Source of the DNA: Eledone cirrhosa
Lineage: Eukaryota
Assembly (NCBI GenBank): GCA_964016885.1
Contig: OZ024741.1
Location: 167,400,001-167,464,000, forward strand
Direction: 5' to 3'
DNA length: 64,000 bases
Shown in pieces: positions 25,301 through 38,127 of the stretch; positions within the stretch are counted from its first letter, which is position 1, and each line of letters opens with the position of its first letter. The notes under the pieces were generated by a model. That model was not told where the DNA came from and did no database searches. It saw nothing but the letters and a program-made list of their open reading frames with translations. The position numbers and the translations under genes are program-made.

Positions 25301-28300
25301 CTATACCCGAATGGTTGATATTATTCTGAAGGGCGCTGTCATCCGTATTTTGCCAGGACGTAAAATAAGAGTGAGTTGATTTAAACATTCTTTCAGTCAT
25401 GTTTGACTTTATTGTTAAGTGTTATTTTTTTCTAAGTCATGTGACTTAGGGGTTAGGGTATTTGGCTCATGATCATAACATCATAAATTTGATTCCCAAT
25501 GGTGCATTGTGTCCTTCAGCAAGACACTTTATTTTATATTGCTCTAGTATACTCAGCTTAGAACTATGTTAACAACAGTACACATGTCTGGAGATTACTT
25601 GGTATTGTGCACATTAATTACATGAGCAGGCTGTTCCATTTTTTTAACAACTCGAGCATTTATCAGAACTGATGGAGGTCCAATGACATGTTTTTGTTTG
25701 TAAATGGCTGCTGGGTTTGTGAAACCAGCAGAGCTCTAGATCATCATCATCATCACTTTTATGTCCATTTTTTCCATGCTTGCATGAGTTAGATGGGTCC
25801 TTCTCAGCACAGCATCTCTCCACACACTGCATTACTTCATCATCTCCTCGGTGAGTTTCAATGATTTGAGGTCAGCTCTCACTACCTCTGCCCAAATAAT
25901 AAATAAATAAATAAAATCAATACTTTACTATATTTAGTTACAACCCCAAAATATTCTGAGTTCTGATTTTGCTCTTCATATATTAGTGAAGGTGAATGGT
26001 TTAGTGGGTAGGATGTTGGGCCCATGATTTAACCCTTTAGCATTTAAACCGGCCATATCCAGCCAGAATTCTCTCACCTCTTTCTGTTCAAACCAGCCAT
26101 AACTGGCCCCTCATACTGATGTTAAGGTAATGTTCTCAAAATAAATAATATCAAAATCTCATAGATTTGATATTATGTGAGATATTATGTGACATAAAAC
26201 CTTTACCACAAAAATACAATAGTATATATAGAGTAATGTAAATGTTAAAGTGTTAAGCATGTGAGTTCAATTCTTAGATTAGGCAATGTGTTGAGTCCTT
26301 GAGCAAGAGACTTTATTTCATGTTGCTCCAATTCACTCAGTTGGAAAAAAGGAGTTGTGATATCACTGTTCCAAGCTGTATCAGCCTTTGCCTTTCCCTT
26401 GCACAACATCCATAGCATGGACAGAGGAACTTTCCAGGTGCAAACTCATGGTCAGTCATAACTGAAGAGAATCATTCAATGGTCTATAAAATAAACACCA
26501 GTCATATACTGGGACTGTTTCAGTTGGTTACAGTCTCTTTGTGGCCATCTAGTTAAAAAGTTAAAAACACCTGAGAAACCTCCTGTGGGATGAAGCCTTG
26601 TAGGAAGTCAGGTAAACTAACATAAGTGTGGGCTGTAACAACATGATATATAGAGAGAAAGAGATGTTAGGTAGAGAAGGCTCTATAGCTGAGTCAATGA
26701 CCGACAACCTTTCATGTGCTGGTGCCATGATAAATGCACCTTTTACACTGTAATGTGGTTGACAATAGAAAGGGTATTCTGTTGTAGATACCATGCCAAA
26801 ACAGGTCTATAGCACAACTTCTCTAGTATTGGTAGTCTACATGAGAATCACCTTCAGTACACTCTGTAATATGGATGATGATAGGAAAGGCATCCAACTA
26901 TAAAAAACGTGCGCAATAAAGGGTTGTGAGAACTCTTCAGCTTTGTCAACGACATGACAACCTCTTTAGTGCTAGTGCCATGATAAAATGCACACAGTAG
27001 TATACAGGAAAGTATGTAAATGAGATGCCACCCATGACCCATCTGAGCACTCAGTAGAGAATGGGAATATATTTGAGATTCAGGCCTCGTGGTCCATCTG
27101 AGAAGTCAGTAGCTCTGCTTAGTCTTTGAAGATCTGTCCAACTCTTGCTAGCAGGGAAACCAGATTTTAAATGATTATGATGCGGATATACTTGATAGGA
27201 CTGAAACCCTTATTATTAAAACACCTGAAAAATCTCCTATGGAATGTAACTTTGTAGGAGTCTACATACGTGTGAGCTGTATCTCTTCTTTTTTTATTTC
27301 TATATAAATAAATTATTACTTGAACTATTGATCTCTTTTGTTTACTGATTATAAATGGTTTTCAATTTCTTCAGGTCAATAAACTCGAGCTAGAGGCACC
27401 AGTCATAAACAAGGCTTACACCATCAAACTTTCCAATGGCTGGATACATGTAGAGACCAGCTTCAATCTGCATGTCTCGTTCGATGGAAAGCACAGAGTA
27501 AGAGTTAGTGTACCCCGGAATACATTTGGAGGACGGCTAACAGGAATATGTGGTGACTGCAATGGACATAGAGATGATATGAGAACCAGCAATGGCACTA
27601 TTGTGGTAAAGGAGAAGAACAAGTTTTCCCTCATTGGAGAGAGCTATCGTGTGAAAGATGACTCAGATAGACCTCAGGCCAGGTAAATTGTAGGCTGTTA
27701 GTTAAGAGGTCAGCTAAAAGTTTCTATGCACACACATACACACAAACATTCATATATACACACATATACAAGCATATACACTTACATACATATACATACA
27801 CATACATATACATGCACATACACACATACATACATATATATACATATATACACACACATAAATACATATATCTATATATACATACATATGTTGATACCAC
27901 AATAAAATGCATCCAGTACATTTTATAAGTATTATTAGTGCTAGTTCCATAATAAAAGGAACCCCAGTATAATCTGTAAAGAATCAGAGGCAGTTTCAGA
28001 GATTTCAGTAGCAAAAGTGTTAAACTAGTGTTTGGATCATAACATAATAAAGGTTTTTACATAAAAGTATGGTGGAAAGTTTATAGATAATTATAAATAC
28101 TTTAAAATATACAACTTTATACCATAGATCCAAGGATAGTTTCAGGCAGTTTGGTATCAATAGTATAAAGTTGATGTTTGGAACATGACTTTAAAAAGTT
28201 TTTTACATAAAAATTTGATGGCAGTTTTTAAATATGAACAACCTTGTATCATAGAACCTTGAGCAGATTCAGACAATTTAGTATCAAAAGTGATAACATT

Positions 28301-31300
28301 ACATATCTAATAGAGCATGCTTGATTCAATAACTATTGATATATACCTATTGACATTATTCAGATGTGAAGAAATCGAACCTCATGATCTATGTAAAGAA
28401 AATGGACTATCAAACTGTGAGATTATCCGAAATCCAAAAGGAATGTTTGGCAAATGTATTGAAAAGCTAGGAGCAATGGATGTCGAGGAATTCTTTGAAT
28501 CTTGTGTGTTTGATTATTGTTACTATGCCAACTCCACAGAAATAAAGGGAATCGTATGTGCAGCTTTGGAAAGTTTTGCTGCTGAATGTGAAACTGTTGG
28601 TATTGTTTATAACTGGAGATTTATGACCAATTGTCGTAAGTTGCAACTAGAAATTCCATATTATTTTATCTTATTCATTTATTTTATCAACATAATATCA
28701 TATTGACATATATGTTTATATGTATGTATGTGTACTAACAGTTTGACTTATTTAACCAAACAGTTTCATAGACATGTTGAACTCCTCAGATGTTTTTGAA
28801 TAATTATCTGAAGTAGTTAGACATGTTTAAGTCGACAAAATTGCTTCATAGTATATAAAATCTCAAACTGTTAATATATTCTCAACTTCAACATTATATG
28901 TTGAATGCACTTCCTTTTCATTTGTACCCCCATATATCATCATCATCATCATAATTACCGTTTTACGTTCATTCTTCCACGCTAGCATGGGTTAGACAGA
29001 TGTGATTTATACATTTGCATATATACACATATATATAAATATAAAAAATATATATTTCTTGTAGCCATGAAATGTGGTCCCAACATGGATTACGAGCCTA
29101 AGACTAGTGGCTGTCAACCAACCTGTGTGAACAGAAACTCAGTTGACAACTGCTCAAGAAAGGATATCGAAGGATGCGTATGTCAGAGAGGTTTTGTACT
29201 CAGTGGAGAAGATTGCATTACACCTCGAGATTGTGGTTGTGTTCATGATGGACGTTACATTAAGGCAGGCATACCTCCTCCATTTCTCTATATCTCTCAC
29301 TCACATGCTCTATCTTTGTCTTTCTTTTCCACATTGCTTTCTCTTTGTCTGCGCACTCCCTCTGTCTCTCTGTCTCTCACTCACTCTACCTATGTATCTT
29401 TCTCTTTCACTCTCGTTTGTCTTTTCCACTTTGCTCTCCTGTCCTCCTTTTACACACTCACTCTATCTATCTGTCTCCTGACTCTCTCTGTTTATCTATC
29501 TGTTTATCTTTACATGAATAAATAAATTGGTGCTCCCCTTTCATTTACTTGATGTGTTTTCTTCGTCCTCATATTGTCCCTAACATTGTCAGCCCATGTA
29601 GCCAGTATAACATTCATTATTGTTGTTGTAATCATCATTATTTCATCTCTCTTTCATTCAGTTGGGCAGTAGTCTGACTTTAGCTGGTTGCACCCAGATA
29701 GCCGTGTGTGAAAAAGATGGAACAGCTAGAGGTCAACTGAAGATTGTTGATATTGAAACTTGTGTGGTTAATTCACAGTGCATCACTCGGGATGGAGTCT
29801 GGCAGTGTGTTTGCAATAAAGGGTTTGCATTCAATGACAACAAGACCGAATGTGAGAAGGTTCCTGGTAAGGAAAAAATGCTATTTGTATTTCATGGTAT
29901 CACCAGAGATGTAGTCACATCATTCACATACATAATTTACTTATCACTTTTTTAATCTCAATATTCTTAACACTTAATGTCCTGCACCACATGAAATCAT
30001 ATTAGCAAAACATTCTTGAAAAGTACAAAACAGCACAATGACTGCTTCACATTAAATAATATAGTCTTTACTCTAATACTGCACATTTTCACTATGATCT
30101 GTCCACTAGTAAATATACTATAAACATTTGAATTAACAAACCACATGAAACCACATTAGTAAGACATTCTTGAAAAGTACAAAACAGCACTAAGACTGCA
30201 TCACATTTACAGCAGTTGTTGCTGGCCATTGGCTGGGGGAATCCTTTTGCAGTCTTGTCTGTGGTGTGCAGTCCTCCGCTTCTGCACCCTAGGCCCAGAG
30301 CCCAATCATACTCCCCTCTCCCTCCCATTCTTCTGTGACATTAGGGTCCTTGCCATTACCTCCCCTTCCCGTTTTCTTTATTTATGTAAATACCATATCT
30401 TTAGTTGCTATATTATAAACTATTCATTTTAATAGTGAAGTCTTTACATTTTGACTTTTAAATTAAAGTCTTTATTTTTTAACATCGGAATTAACAAATC
30501 TGCTTTTAGATATGTTCTGCTGAATGATTACAGGTTGGAGTTAATAGAATTATAACTGAGTGTGTATGTGTATATATGTCTGTATCTGTTTTACTGGATT
30601 GTTTGAAGATGATCAATGTGTGTGTCTATGTGTATGTGTGTGTGTGTGTGTAGACAGTATTAAATCACTGCATTTTCTTTATGTATTCTTGGTTAAGAAA
30701 ATGGCCTAAAAATATGTTGACCAACTTAATGTTTAGATTTTTGTATTCCTTGCCAGATATAGAGGCTTTATCACAAGTTTGTGTAGCCCCAGAAGATCTA
30801 TGATGAAAGGTAGTCTAGATATAATGGCCATAGAACCAGAGTTGGTTTCAGCTAGGTTGGAGTTTAAAAGGTTTAACCATGATTTCCTCTTTATATATTA
30901 TGTATTTTTTACCTTCAGTATGTGGAGTTGAACCTATTGACATCCAGTTTGTGGTTGATGTATCTCAAAGTATCAGAGAGGAAGGACTGTATGAAACTAA
31001 ACAATTCCTCACAGAATTTGTCAATGCTTCAGTCATTTCTCCAACTCATGCCCAGGTAGGAATTCTACAATTCAACCACAAAGTCACCAACAAGTTTTTC
31101 CTAGAAGACTCCAAGACTAAAGAAAACATCATGGATGCAATCCAAACAGTAAGTATTTCTTGTGGCTACCAGTGATTTCTCTCTCATCCTTGAATTTTAC
31201 CATTCCCCCAGCTGAATAAGGTGCTAACTCTTCAGTCATGTCAAGCACACAACCTCTCTAGTGCTGGTGCAACAATAAAATGCACCCAGTACACTCTGTA

Positions 31301-32313
31301 AATGAGGTTGGTGTTAGAAAGGGCATCCAGCTGTAGAAACCGTGCCAAAATAAACAGCCAAGAGGACACTTAGTTGTGTCAATGAAAACCTCCTTAGTGT
31401 GGGAGGCTACAATAAAATACAGCCAGCACGCACTATAAAGTGGTTGATGTTAGCAAGGACATCCAGCTGTTAAAATCAGGCCAAAACCAGAACATATATG
31501 AGATGTCACTTCCACCATGTCTAGGAGGATACTGGCTCCAATAAGATACTGACCTGGTTTGTGACAAGCATTCTAATACATGCTATTGTACTCATTGTGA
31601 CTATTGCAACTCATTTGTGACAATAATTCTAATGGAATACACTATATTTCAATTAATTAATGAAGAATTTTAGTAAAATTATAATTATTTCATTACTTAG
31701 ATACTAACATCTTATATAAAATTATATTGGAATATTTACATTTAAATAGGAACCCTTTAAAATAGGTGGTTTCCTTTCATAGATTCAGGATTAATGGAGA
31801 AATTTGAGGGATTTACTGAAATGCTTAATTATTTCCTTTCTTGTATAAAATTATGTTGCAAGATTTTAATTTAAATATGAACCCTTTTAAAATGGTTGGT
31901 TATGGTTGGCTTGCTATCAAAAAGGTTAAATGATGATGATGATGATGATGATGATGATATTTTTGTTTTTATTTTTATTTTAGATTGGACCTGTAAGTAG
32001 TGGGACAAGATTGGGTGCTGCAATGCGTTTCACAGCTACCTCTGCCATTAAACGTCACGCCATTCGTAGAGGTGTCAAGCGAGTGGCAATAGTTTTTACT
32101 GATGGTCAAATATCAGATGTGCCAATTGTCAAACGTTGGAGCAAAGATCTGCGAATAATGCAAAAGACTCGAATTGTGGTCATCGGTGTTGGACGTGTTG
32201 ATGAGTTGCTTCTACGTGAAATGACTAGTGGTGGAGGAAAGGTCCTGTATGCATCTCGTTACGATACACTACAGCGAGTGATTGATGATCTTTACATGGT
32301 GGTTTGTAAATAA
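13800..32313 (+). CDS. Secreted PAN-PAN-EGF-VWD-C8-TIL-EGF-VWA protein (zonadhesin/IgGFc-binding-protein-like), copy 1, 12 coding exons, 843 aa
   Basis: join(13800-13857,15244-15324,17908-18147,19883-20113,20993-21106,25108-25370,27375-27682,28364-28635,29065-29264,29662-29866,30919-31148,31984-32313) = 2532 nt. All splice phases are compatible, there is no internal stop, and introns are GT-AG except intron 9 (GC-AG). Confidence 0.9.
15244..15324 (+). CDS. Exon 2: propeptide with furin site ([12 protein letters not shown]|[15 protein letters not shown])
   Basis: Pyrimidine tract + TAG acceptor, A|GTAAGT donor, 81 nt, phase 1-1, R-X-R-R motif. Copy 2 at 49649-49729. Confidence 0.75.
17908..18147 (+). 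CDS. Exon 3: PAN/Apple domain 1
   Basis: [20 protein letters not shown]...QCFLS...DYYQ pattern. cttgcag acceptor, C|GTATGT donor. Copy 2 at 53025-53264. Confidence 0.88.
19883..20113 (+). CDS. Exon 4: PAN/Apple domain 2
   Basis: [19 protein letters not shown]...KCDLS...WDFYQK. Phase 1-1. Copy 2 at 55024-55254. Confidence 0.88.
20290..20820 (-). mobile_element. Cluster of three SINE copies/fragments in intron 4
   Basis: Reverse complement of the same SINE core. Copy 2 (~55430-56160) has one extra unit. Confidence 0.78.
20993..21106 (+). CDS. Exon 5: EGF-like domain
   Basis: [35 protein letters not shown]. Phase 1-1. Copy 2 at 56335-56448. Confidence 0.85.
21632..21835. mobile_element. piggyBac-type MITE (TTAA-CCCTTTAGCATTTA...TAAATGCTAAAGGG-TTAA)
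   Basis: Terminal inverted repeats plus TTAA target site. Relatives at 15496-~15708, 17068-17287, 18211-18436 and 26029-26256; copy 2 at 49901-~50113, 52178-52404, 53328-53553, 56976-57179 and 59534-59761. Confidence 0.85.
22839..24677 (+). mobile_element. CR1-clade LINE, 5'-truncated, in intron 5 of copy 1 only
   Basis: Uninterrupted RT ORF to 24385 (YLDFAKAF, GVPQGSVLGPLLF, YADD, TRGH), 3' UTR and (ATT)n tail. Empty site in copy 2 at 58182/58183. Confidence 0.93.
25108..25370 (+). CDS. Exon 6: VWD N-terminal half with GDPH motif
   Basis: [30 protein letters not shown]; GDPH at 25152-25163. Phase 1-0. Copy 2 at 58613-58875. Confidence 0.93.
27375..27682 (+). CDS. Exon 7: VWD C-terminal half (not in the supplied + strand ORF track)
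   Basis: VNKLELEAP...[36 protein letters not shown]...IGESYRV. Phase 0-2. Copy 2 at 60880-61187. Confidence 0.9.
28364..28635 (+). CDS. Exon 8: C8 domain
   Basis: [14 protein letters not shown]...[10 protein letters not shown]...[11 protein letters not shown]...NWRFMTNC. Phase 2-1. Copy 2 at 61869-62140. Confidence 0.92.
29065..29264 (+). CDS. Exon 9: TIL domain
   Basis: CGPNMDY...GCQPTC...[32 protein letters not shown]. Ends at AAG|GCAGGC. Copy 2 at 62592-62791. Confidence 0.88.
29662..29866 (+). CDS. Exon 10: TILa-like + EGF-like segment
   Basis: [16 protein letters not shown]...[31 protein letters not shown]. Phase 0-1. Copy 2 at 63189-63393. Confidence 0.85.
30919..31148 (+). CDS. Exon 11: VWA N-terminal half
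   Basis: CGVEPIDIQFVVDVSQSI (MIDAS DxSxS) ...AQVGILQF. Phase 1-0. Confidence 0.92.
31984..32313 (+). CDS. Exon 12: VWA C-terminal half and stop codon
   Basis: IGPVSSGTRLGAAM...RVAIVFTDGQ...IVVIGVG...VVCK*, with TAA at 32311-32313. Confidence 0.92.
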   Translation: MGPVSSGTRLGAAMRFTATSAIKRHAIRRGVKRVAIVFTDGQISDVPIVKRWSKDLRIMQKTRIVVIGVGRVDELLLREMTSGGGKVLYASRYDTLQRVIDDLYMVVCK

Positions 32314-32588
32314 AATCCTTACCCATCCTTCACTACAATTATGGATACTACTATTACTGCTAACACTTTACAAATATATAGATATCCATCACGTTGATGA
32401 TAACATATGTGATATATGTATGCAGTTTTATATTTATATAAGTAGTAGCTGTAGTAGTAATAGTATTAAAATGGAAATATTGACGTGAATTATGATATGA
32501 TAAATATAAATTGAATATATATATATTTGAAATAACGATGACATGAAAATTCTAGAATGGTAATGATATAATTACGAATATTATAAGA

Positions 32589-32594
32589 AATAAA
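32589..32594 (+). terminator. Candidate polyadenylation signal AATAAA
   Basis: About 275 nt after the stop codon, followed by a T-rich tract. Confidence 0.5.
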
Positions 32595-32904
32595 CAATAT
32601 ATTGCAACTATATTTCTTACTTTGTTTTCATTTCTTAATTGATTTCTCATTATATGTATCAGGTTCAAAATAGGTACACCCTACTCCTGCATGTTGTGAG
32701 GGACTAAGGTTGGCATTAACTCTGTATATGATCTAGGTTAGAATAGCTATCTCCGTAAAAGATGACTAAATGTGTTAGCACTAGGAAGGGCATCTGGCCA
32801 TAAAATAGTACTTTAAAAAGGACCCCATGATGAGTATGAAGCTTTTCATTGGCGCTACAATGTTAACCCAGGCAAAAGCAGGGGAAACACTTGTATTATT
32901 TAGA

Positions 32905-33415
32905 ACGTCGGACATGCTTTGCAGGATAGAGTTACGGCTCTTTACGTTCTGAGTTCAAATCTCGCTGAGCTTAGTTTTGTCTTTCATCCTTACAGGGTCG
33001 ATATAATAAAGTACCAGTAATGGTACTGGGGGCGATTTAATCAACTTCCCCCATCCCTCCAAAATCTCTGGCTTTGTGCCTATAGTAGAAACCATTATTA
33101 TTGGCAGGCCGAGGTTGACTTTGCCTTTCATCCTTACGGGGTCGATAAAATAAAGTACCAGTAATGCACTGGGTAATTGCTGGCCTTGTGCCTAAAGTAG
33201 AAACAATTATTATTGGCAGTATCGGTAGAGAGTCGGACGCCATGCTTTCCAGTATAGTTACGTCCCTTTATGGTCTGGGTTCACATCCCGCCGAGCTTAA
33301 CTTTGCCTTTCAACCTCATGGGGTCGATAAAATAAAGTACCAGTCAGGCATTGGGGTCGACGTAATTGACTTTCCCCCCAAATCACTGGCCTTGTGCCTA
33401 TATAAGAAACCAATA
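32905..33415 (+). mobile_element. Cluster of three SINE copies downstream of the gene
   Basis: Repeated B-box and ggtcgataaaataaagtaccagt core. Confidence 0.8.
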
Positions 33416-34759
33416 ATTTAAGAGACAAAGGGAAATAAATCTTGAAGCAATGCAAAAGAAAGCCTGCACGAATTCTTTCCCTTGTTTATTACATGAATCA
33501 TTTAAAAAAATTGCGATAAATCCCTACTTGGGTGCTCAACCAAAAATGAATGAATGAAACTAAACCAAGAAACACCAACATATTCGCCATAAAAACCTTC
33601 ACAACTCAATGAGACATTGCTTACGAAAAACAACCAGCATCAGATAAAATGAAAACTTACATTCGTACGAATGTGACGAGTATTCAGTTTTCTCAGCAGA
33701 CGATAATTACTGAGTACGAGTGTCGTGTTTATGTTTATGCACATCAGTGTTTGTGTATAAGTGCGCACGTGACGAGCTTTCAGACTTCACTCTATCGACC
33801 TTTTCTCTGATTCTTACTCTCTATAGGAGCTGTTTCAAATGACAAGTGGGGGGGGGGGGGGGGGTTAGAGCACATTGACTCAGTAAATCTTCACATGGTT
33901 GTTTACAAATTCCCCTGAAGGCATACACATTATATATATCGGCATGGCTGTATGGTTAAGGAGTTTGGTTTGGGTTTCAGTCCCACTGCATGACACCGTG
34001 GTCAAATGTTTTTTTTTACTATAGCCTTGGATTGACCAATTACATTGTGAGTGGAATTTAGTAGACAGAACTGTACAGATATTTGTATATTAGGGAACAG
34101 ATTTTCTTTCATGTTACATTGAAAACAAAATTGTGCGCAAGTTTGATTCTTTTTTGTGAGGGATTTTTCATATTTCCTTTTTAGATCTTTACTAGCAGAA
34201 TGGTCCGGCGTTGCTCGGGATTCTAAACATAGATTGGTATGTTTATCCCTCCTTTCTGAAACAGTAGTGGGACTCTTTGGGTGGCATATCGGCAGTAACA
34301 ATGACAATAAGCCGTCTGGGCTTTCGTGAAATAAATACGTTTGTTTATATTTTGTTATTGTGTATGCAAAAATATCTGTACACGAATATATAATTATATA
34401 TATACATATATTAAAATAACAGATGAAAGTTTAAGCAAAGAATCGCTGCTTTCATCCTTAACGGGATCTTCTGAAACTAAAAAGTCAGTCTGTGAACGCA
34501 GAAGTAAATATTTTGAAATACGTTGCAACTGAAGGAAAACAGGAAGACGATATTTTGGTTTGTGAAGACGTTCCCTGCCAATGAACGGAAAAAAGCGAAT
34601 ATGCTACATCAGCAATGAGAACAATATATATATATATACACACTATATATACATATATACACACACACACACATAGCGAGGTCAATGTTTTCATAATGTC
34701 GTAATCCAGACAGCCAGATTTACAGACAGATATTATAAGGGCGCGACATTATAGCTATG

Positions 34760-34970
34760 TATCTACCTAAAAAAACAGACTAAGAAAGAGAGAGATATCG
34801 CTAACCAGCGCCTAATGCAGTCCCTAGGGCATTGAAAATTTGAAATAAATTTTGCTCAAAACACTCACACGACCATAAGTATTACATGTGTAAAGTTTGA
34901 AAAAAATCGGTTTCGTGGTTCTCGAGTTTTAGGGAGACAGACAGACATTCTCTGTTTTAGATATATAGAT
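34760..34970. mobile_element. Probable DINE-1/HINE (Helentron-associated) non-autonomous fragment
   Basis: aaagtttgaaaaaaatcggttt...(gaca)n...ctgttttagatatatagat end with a loosely complementary start (atctacctaaaaaaacaga). Confidence 0.45.
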
Positions 34971-36004
34971 AATTGGTTTAGAATAGTGATTTTCCAAAAT
35001 CCCTGTGTATTAATGTTTCAAAGCCTTCATGGCTCCAGCTTTGGAATTTGAATGGTCATAGTTGTGGTAGATTGGTCATGTGGTTAGTAGTGGAGTAGCA
35101 AGAAATCATAAAACCTGATTTAAAAACAGTTAAGGTACTTAATAAGGCACTTATAACTGGCTTAACGTATATTGTGTTTCGATTATAATTTTTTGTTTTC
35201 TATTGTTATTAGTATAGCTTACAATAGTTGTTCACTTTGTTTTGGATGGAATTCGATATAGTGTTATCAACTAATATAGTCCTAATACAACAAAAACAGT
35301 ACTCAGAAAAAATACACCCTGGTTATAGAATAGATAAACCTGTCAATAAAACTCAAAACAAAATACAACAGACATCGGTCATAACCACCACATCAACACA
35401 AAATTAACATACAGCAGACAACAGATATGATTTATAAATTTCAATGGAAACATTAAAGTTGTGAACTTCATGACCAAAATTGTTACATTGATCACAGAAA
35501 ACACAACACTTTTCTCTCAGTTAACCATGCACTTACTAAGTGTATGCAAAGGAGGTATTACAACACATTCCAATAGAGTACAAGCAAATAAATTGGATCA
35601 GATTAAAATTTGATAAAAACAGGAAATAAAACAACACATTTGTCTCACAAAAATCTTTAATCCCAAGATAACAAAACAAATAACAAATTTAAAAATAAAA
35701 TTGTTTTTTCAAGTCTCGAAATATTTGTAAATAATAACAGCTTCAGTGAACTCAACAACTCATCATTGCAAGATAAAGTGTTCTCTAATATCATAGGTTT
35801 CTGGTTTTGTGCAATATACATTTCTAAAGGGTACTCCAGGTTATCTATACATACATATATATATGTGCCTGTCTAAAATTCAATGTCACTAACAAGATTT
35901 AAACAGAATAAGACACATATCAGCATTCTATTTGGCTGGAATGTGTTAATATAATAATGATAAAGTCTCCAAGCACAATACAAAGAGTTGTATGCATATA
36001 TATA

Positions 36005-36055
<51 letters not shown>

Positions 36056-36072
36056 GTGGGAAAGTATGTATA

Positions 36073-36132
<60 letters not shown>

Positions 36133-36318
36133 TACATATATAGTTTTGCAAGACATTTTATCTGAAAACGTGTGTTGAAACAGATATTGTTATACTTTGG
36201 GAGGGTCATTCCATGTTTTTTGTTTCAGTTGCATTTTCGATTTCATCTCTTTTTCTTTATACTTCCACTCGTGTAGGACACCTCGGTTATTTTTCATTTT
36301 GTAAAAAAAAAACCTCAC

Positions 36319-36356
<38 letters not shown>

Positions 36357-38034
36357 GGAAAAAATTAAACGAAATTTCATTTCCCACTCTTAGTACGGCT
36401 GTTACTTAAATATAAGTATGTACACGTACATACATATATGTATACAGGCGTACAGTAGTATGTATATATATATACATACATGCACCCATATATATATGTA
36501 CGTATAGATCCACCGAACATGTATTATAATGCTCGGTGTGTTTGTAAACAAACATCCCGTATTAAGCCGTAGTGTTCAGCAACCATCGTTGCTCGTTTGT
36601 TCAACACTGACAAAGGAACGCTGTACTAGTTTCAAGCTTATTAGCTATCGTCAACAACGTATACCTTCCTGCCAGATTGTTGAACGTATATACTTATCTT
36701 ATGCATATTAACGGCTGAGTAGCCCAATTTGCATATCGAGTGGGTTAATCGGCCGGGTGCACCGAAAACGATAAACGGAAGAAATGAAACAAAATTTCAT
36801 TTCCTACTCTTAGTACGGCTGTTACTTAAATATAAGTATGTACACGTACATACATATATGTATACAGACGTACAGTAGTATGTATATATATATACATACA
36901 TGCACCCATATATATATATGTACGTATGGATTCACCGAACATTTATTATAATGCTCGGTGTGTTTGTAAACAAACATCCCGTATTAAGCCATAGTGTCCA
37001 GCAACCATCGTTGCTCGTTTGTTCAACACTGACAAAGGAACGCTGTACTAGTTTCAAGCTTATTAGCTATCGTCACCAACGTATTCCTTCCTGCCAGATC
37101 GTTGAACGTATATACTTACCTTATGCATATTAACGGCTGAGTAGCCCAATTTGCATATCGAGTGGGTTAATCGGCCGGGTGCACCGAAAACGATAAACGG
37201 AGAAAATGAAACAAAATTTCATTTCCCACTCTTCGTACCGCTGTTACTTAAATATAAGTATGTACACGTACATACATATATGTATACATACGTATGGATT
37301 CACCGAACATCGGTGAATCCATACGTACATATATATATGGGTGGATGTATGTATATATATATACATACTACAGCAGAAAATTTCACAACCTATCTATTAA
37401 GAAGCCAAAATTCTAGAAGTTATTGTCTTAACAAACAAATATAGGTTTTACTTTAGCATATCTATAGTCTACACAGTGTAATGATTTGACCTGTTTACTG
37501 AGACTTGAGCTGTGTAATAACCTGATCTCTCTACTGAGAGGTCACCTGAACTGTCTACTGAGACTTCAGCTGATCTTGTGATTTTGTCATCAGATATACC
37601 ACACGCTGAACTGTAAATAACAAGATTGACTGTACATTATTTGTAAATGACCAGGTAAAGCAGAGATTGTTCTGTAAATGATCAGATAAACTATACACAG
37701 ATCTGTAAAAGACCAGGAGGATGACATGCTAAAGTAGCACCCACATTATTCCTCCATATCTAAGAGGCAATCAAATATAGGGGCCCTTCATTAAGTACAT
37801 GGGATCAAGTTTGTAAACCCAACTAAATGAACCAAACATCTTAAAAATTGAGAATTATACAATTTGTACTTGGTAACAAAACAAAAAAAATAAATAAAAC
37901 CTTTTTTAATGATATAACATAAATATTCAATAAAAATATCAATGGAATAAATAAATACATTTATCATTTATCTGGTTCAAATGATTGTGAAGGGAAGTTG
38001 TTGAAAGACCATAAATATATATGTGTGTGTGTGA

Positions 38035-38091
<57 letters not shown>

Positions 38092-38096
38092 TATAC

Positions 38097-38127
<31 letters not shown>

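Larger units (their letters stand above)
1..35855 (+). repeat. Tandem segmental duplication, copy 1 (unit ~35.9 kb; true boundary not visible)
   Basis: Sequence at 1 (tatatatatgtgcctgtctaaaattcaa) recurs at ~35856. All later landmarks (LINE, array, exons) recur colinearly. Confidence 0.95.

Noticed and set aside
29265-29525. Hydrophobic ORF tail as a transmembrane anchor of the main product
   Set aside because: It is CT-rich low-complexity intron sequence, and domain homology continues in exon 10.
29986-30210. ~153-bp local duplication in intron 10
   Set aside because: An ordinary intronic duplication with no coding or structural signal.
33847-33864. Poly-G run as a G-quadruplex element
   Set aside because: An isolated homopolymer of unreliable length with no supporting context.
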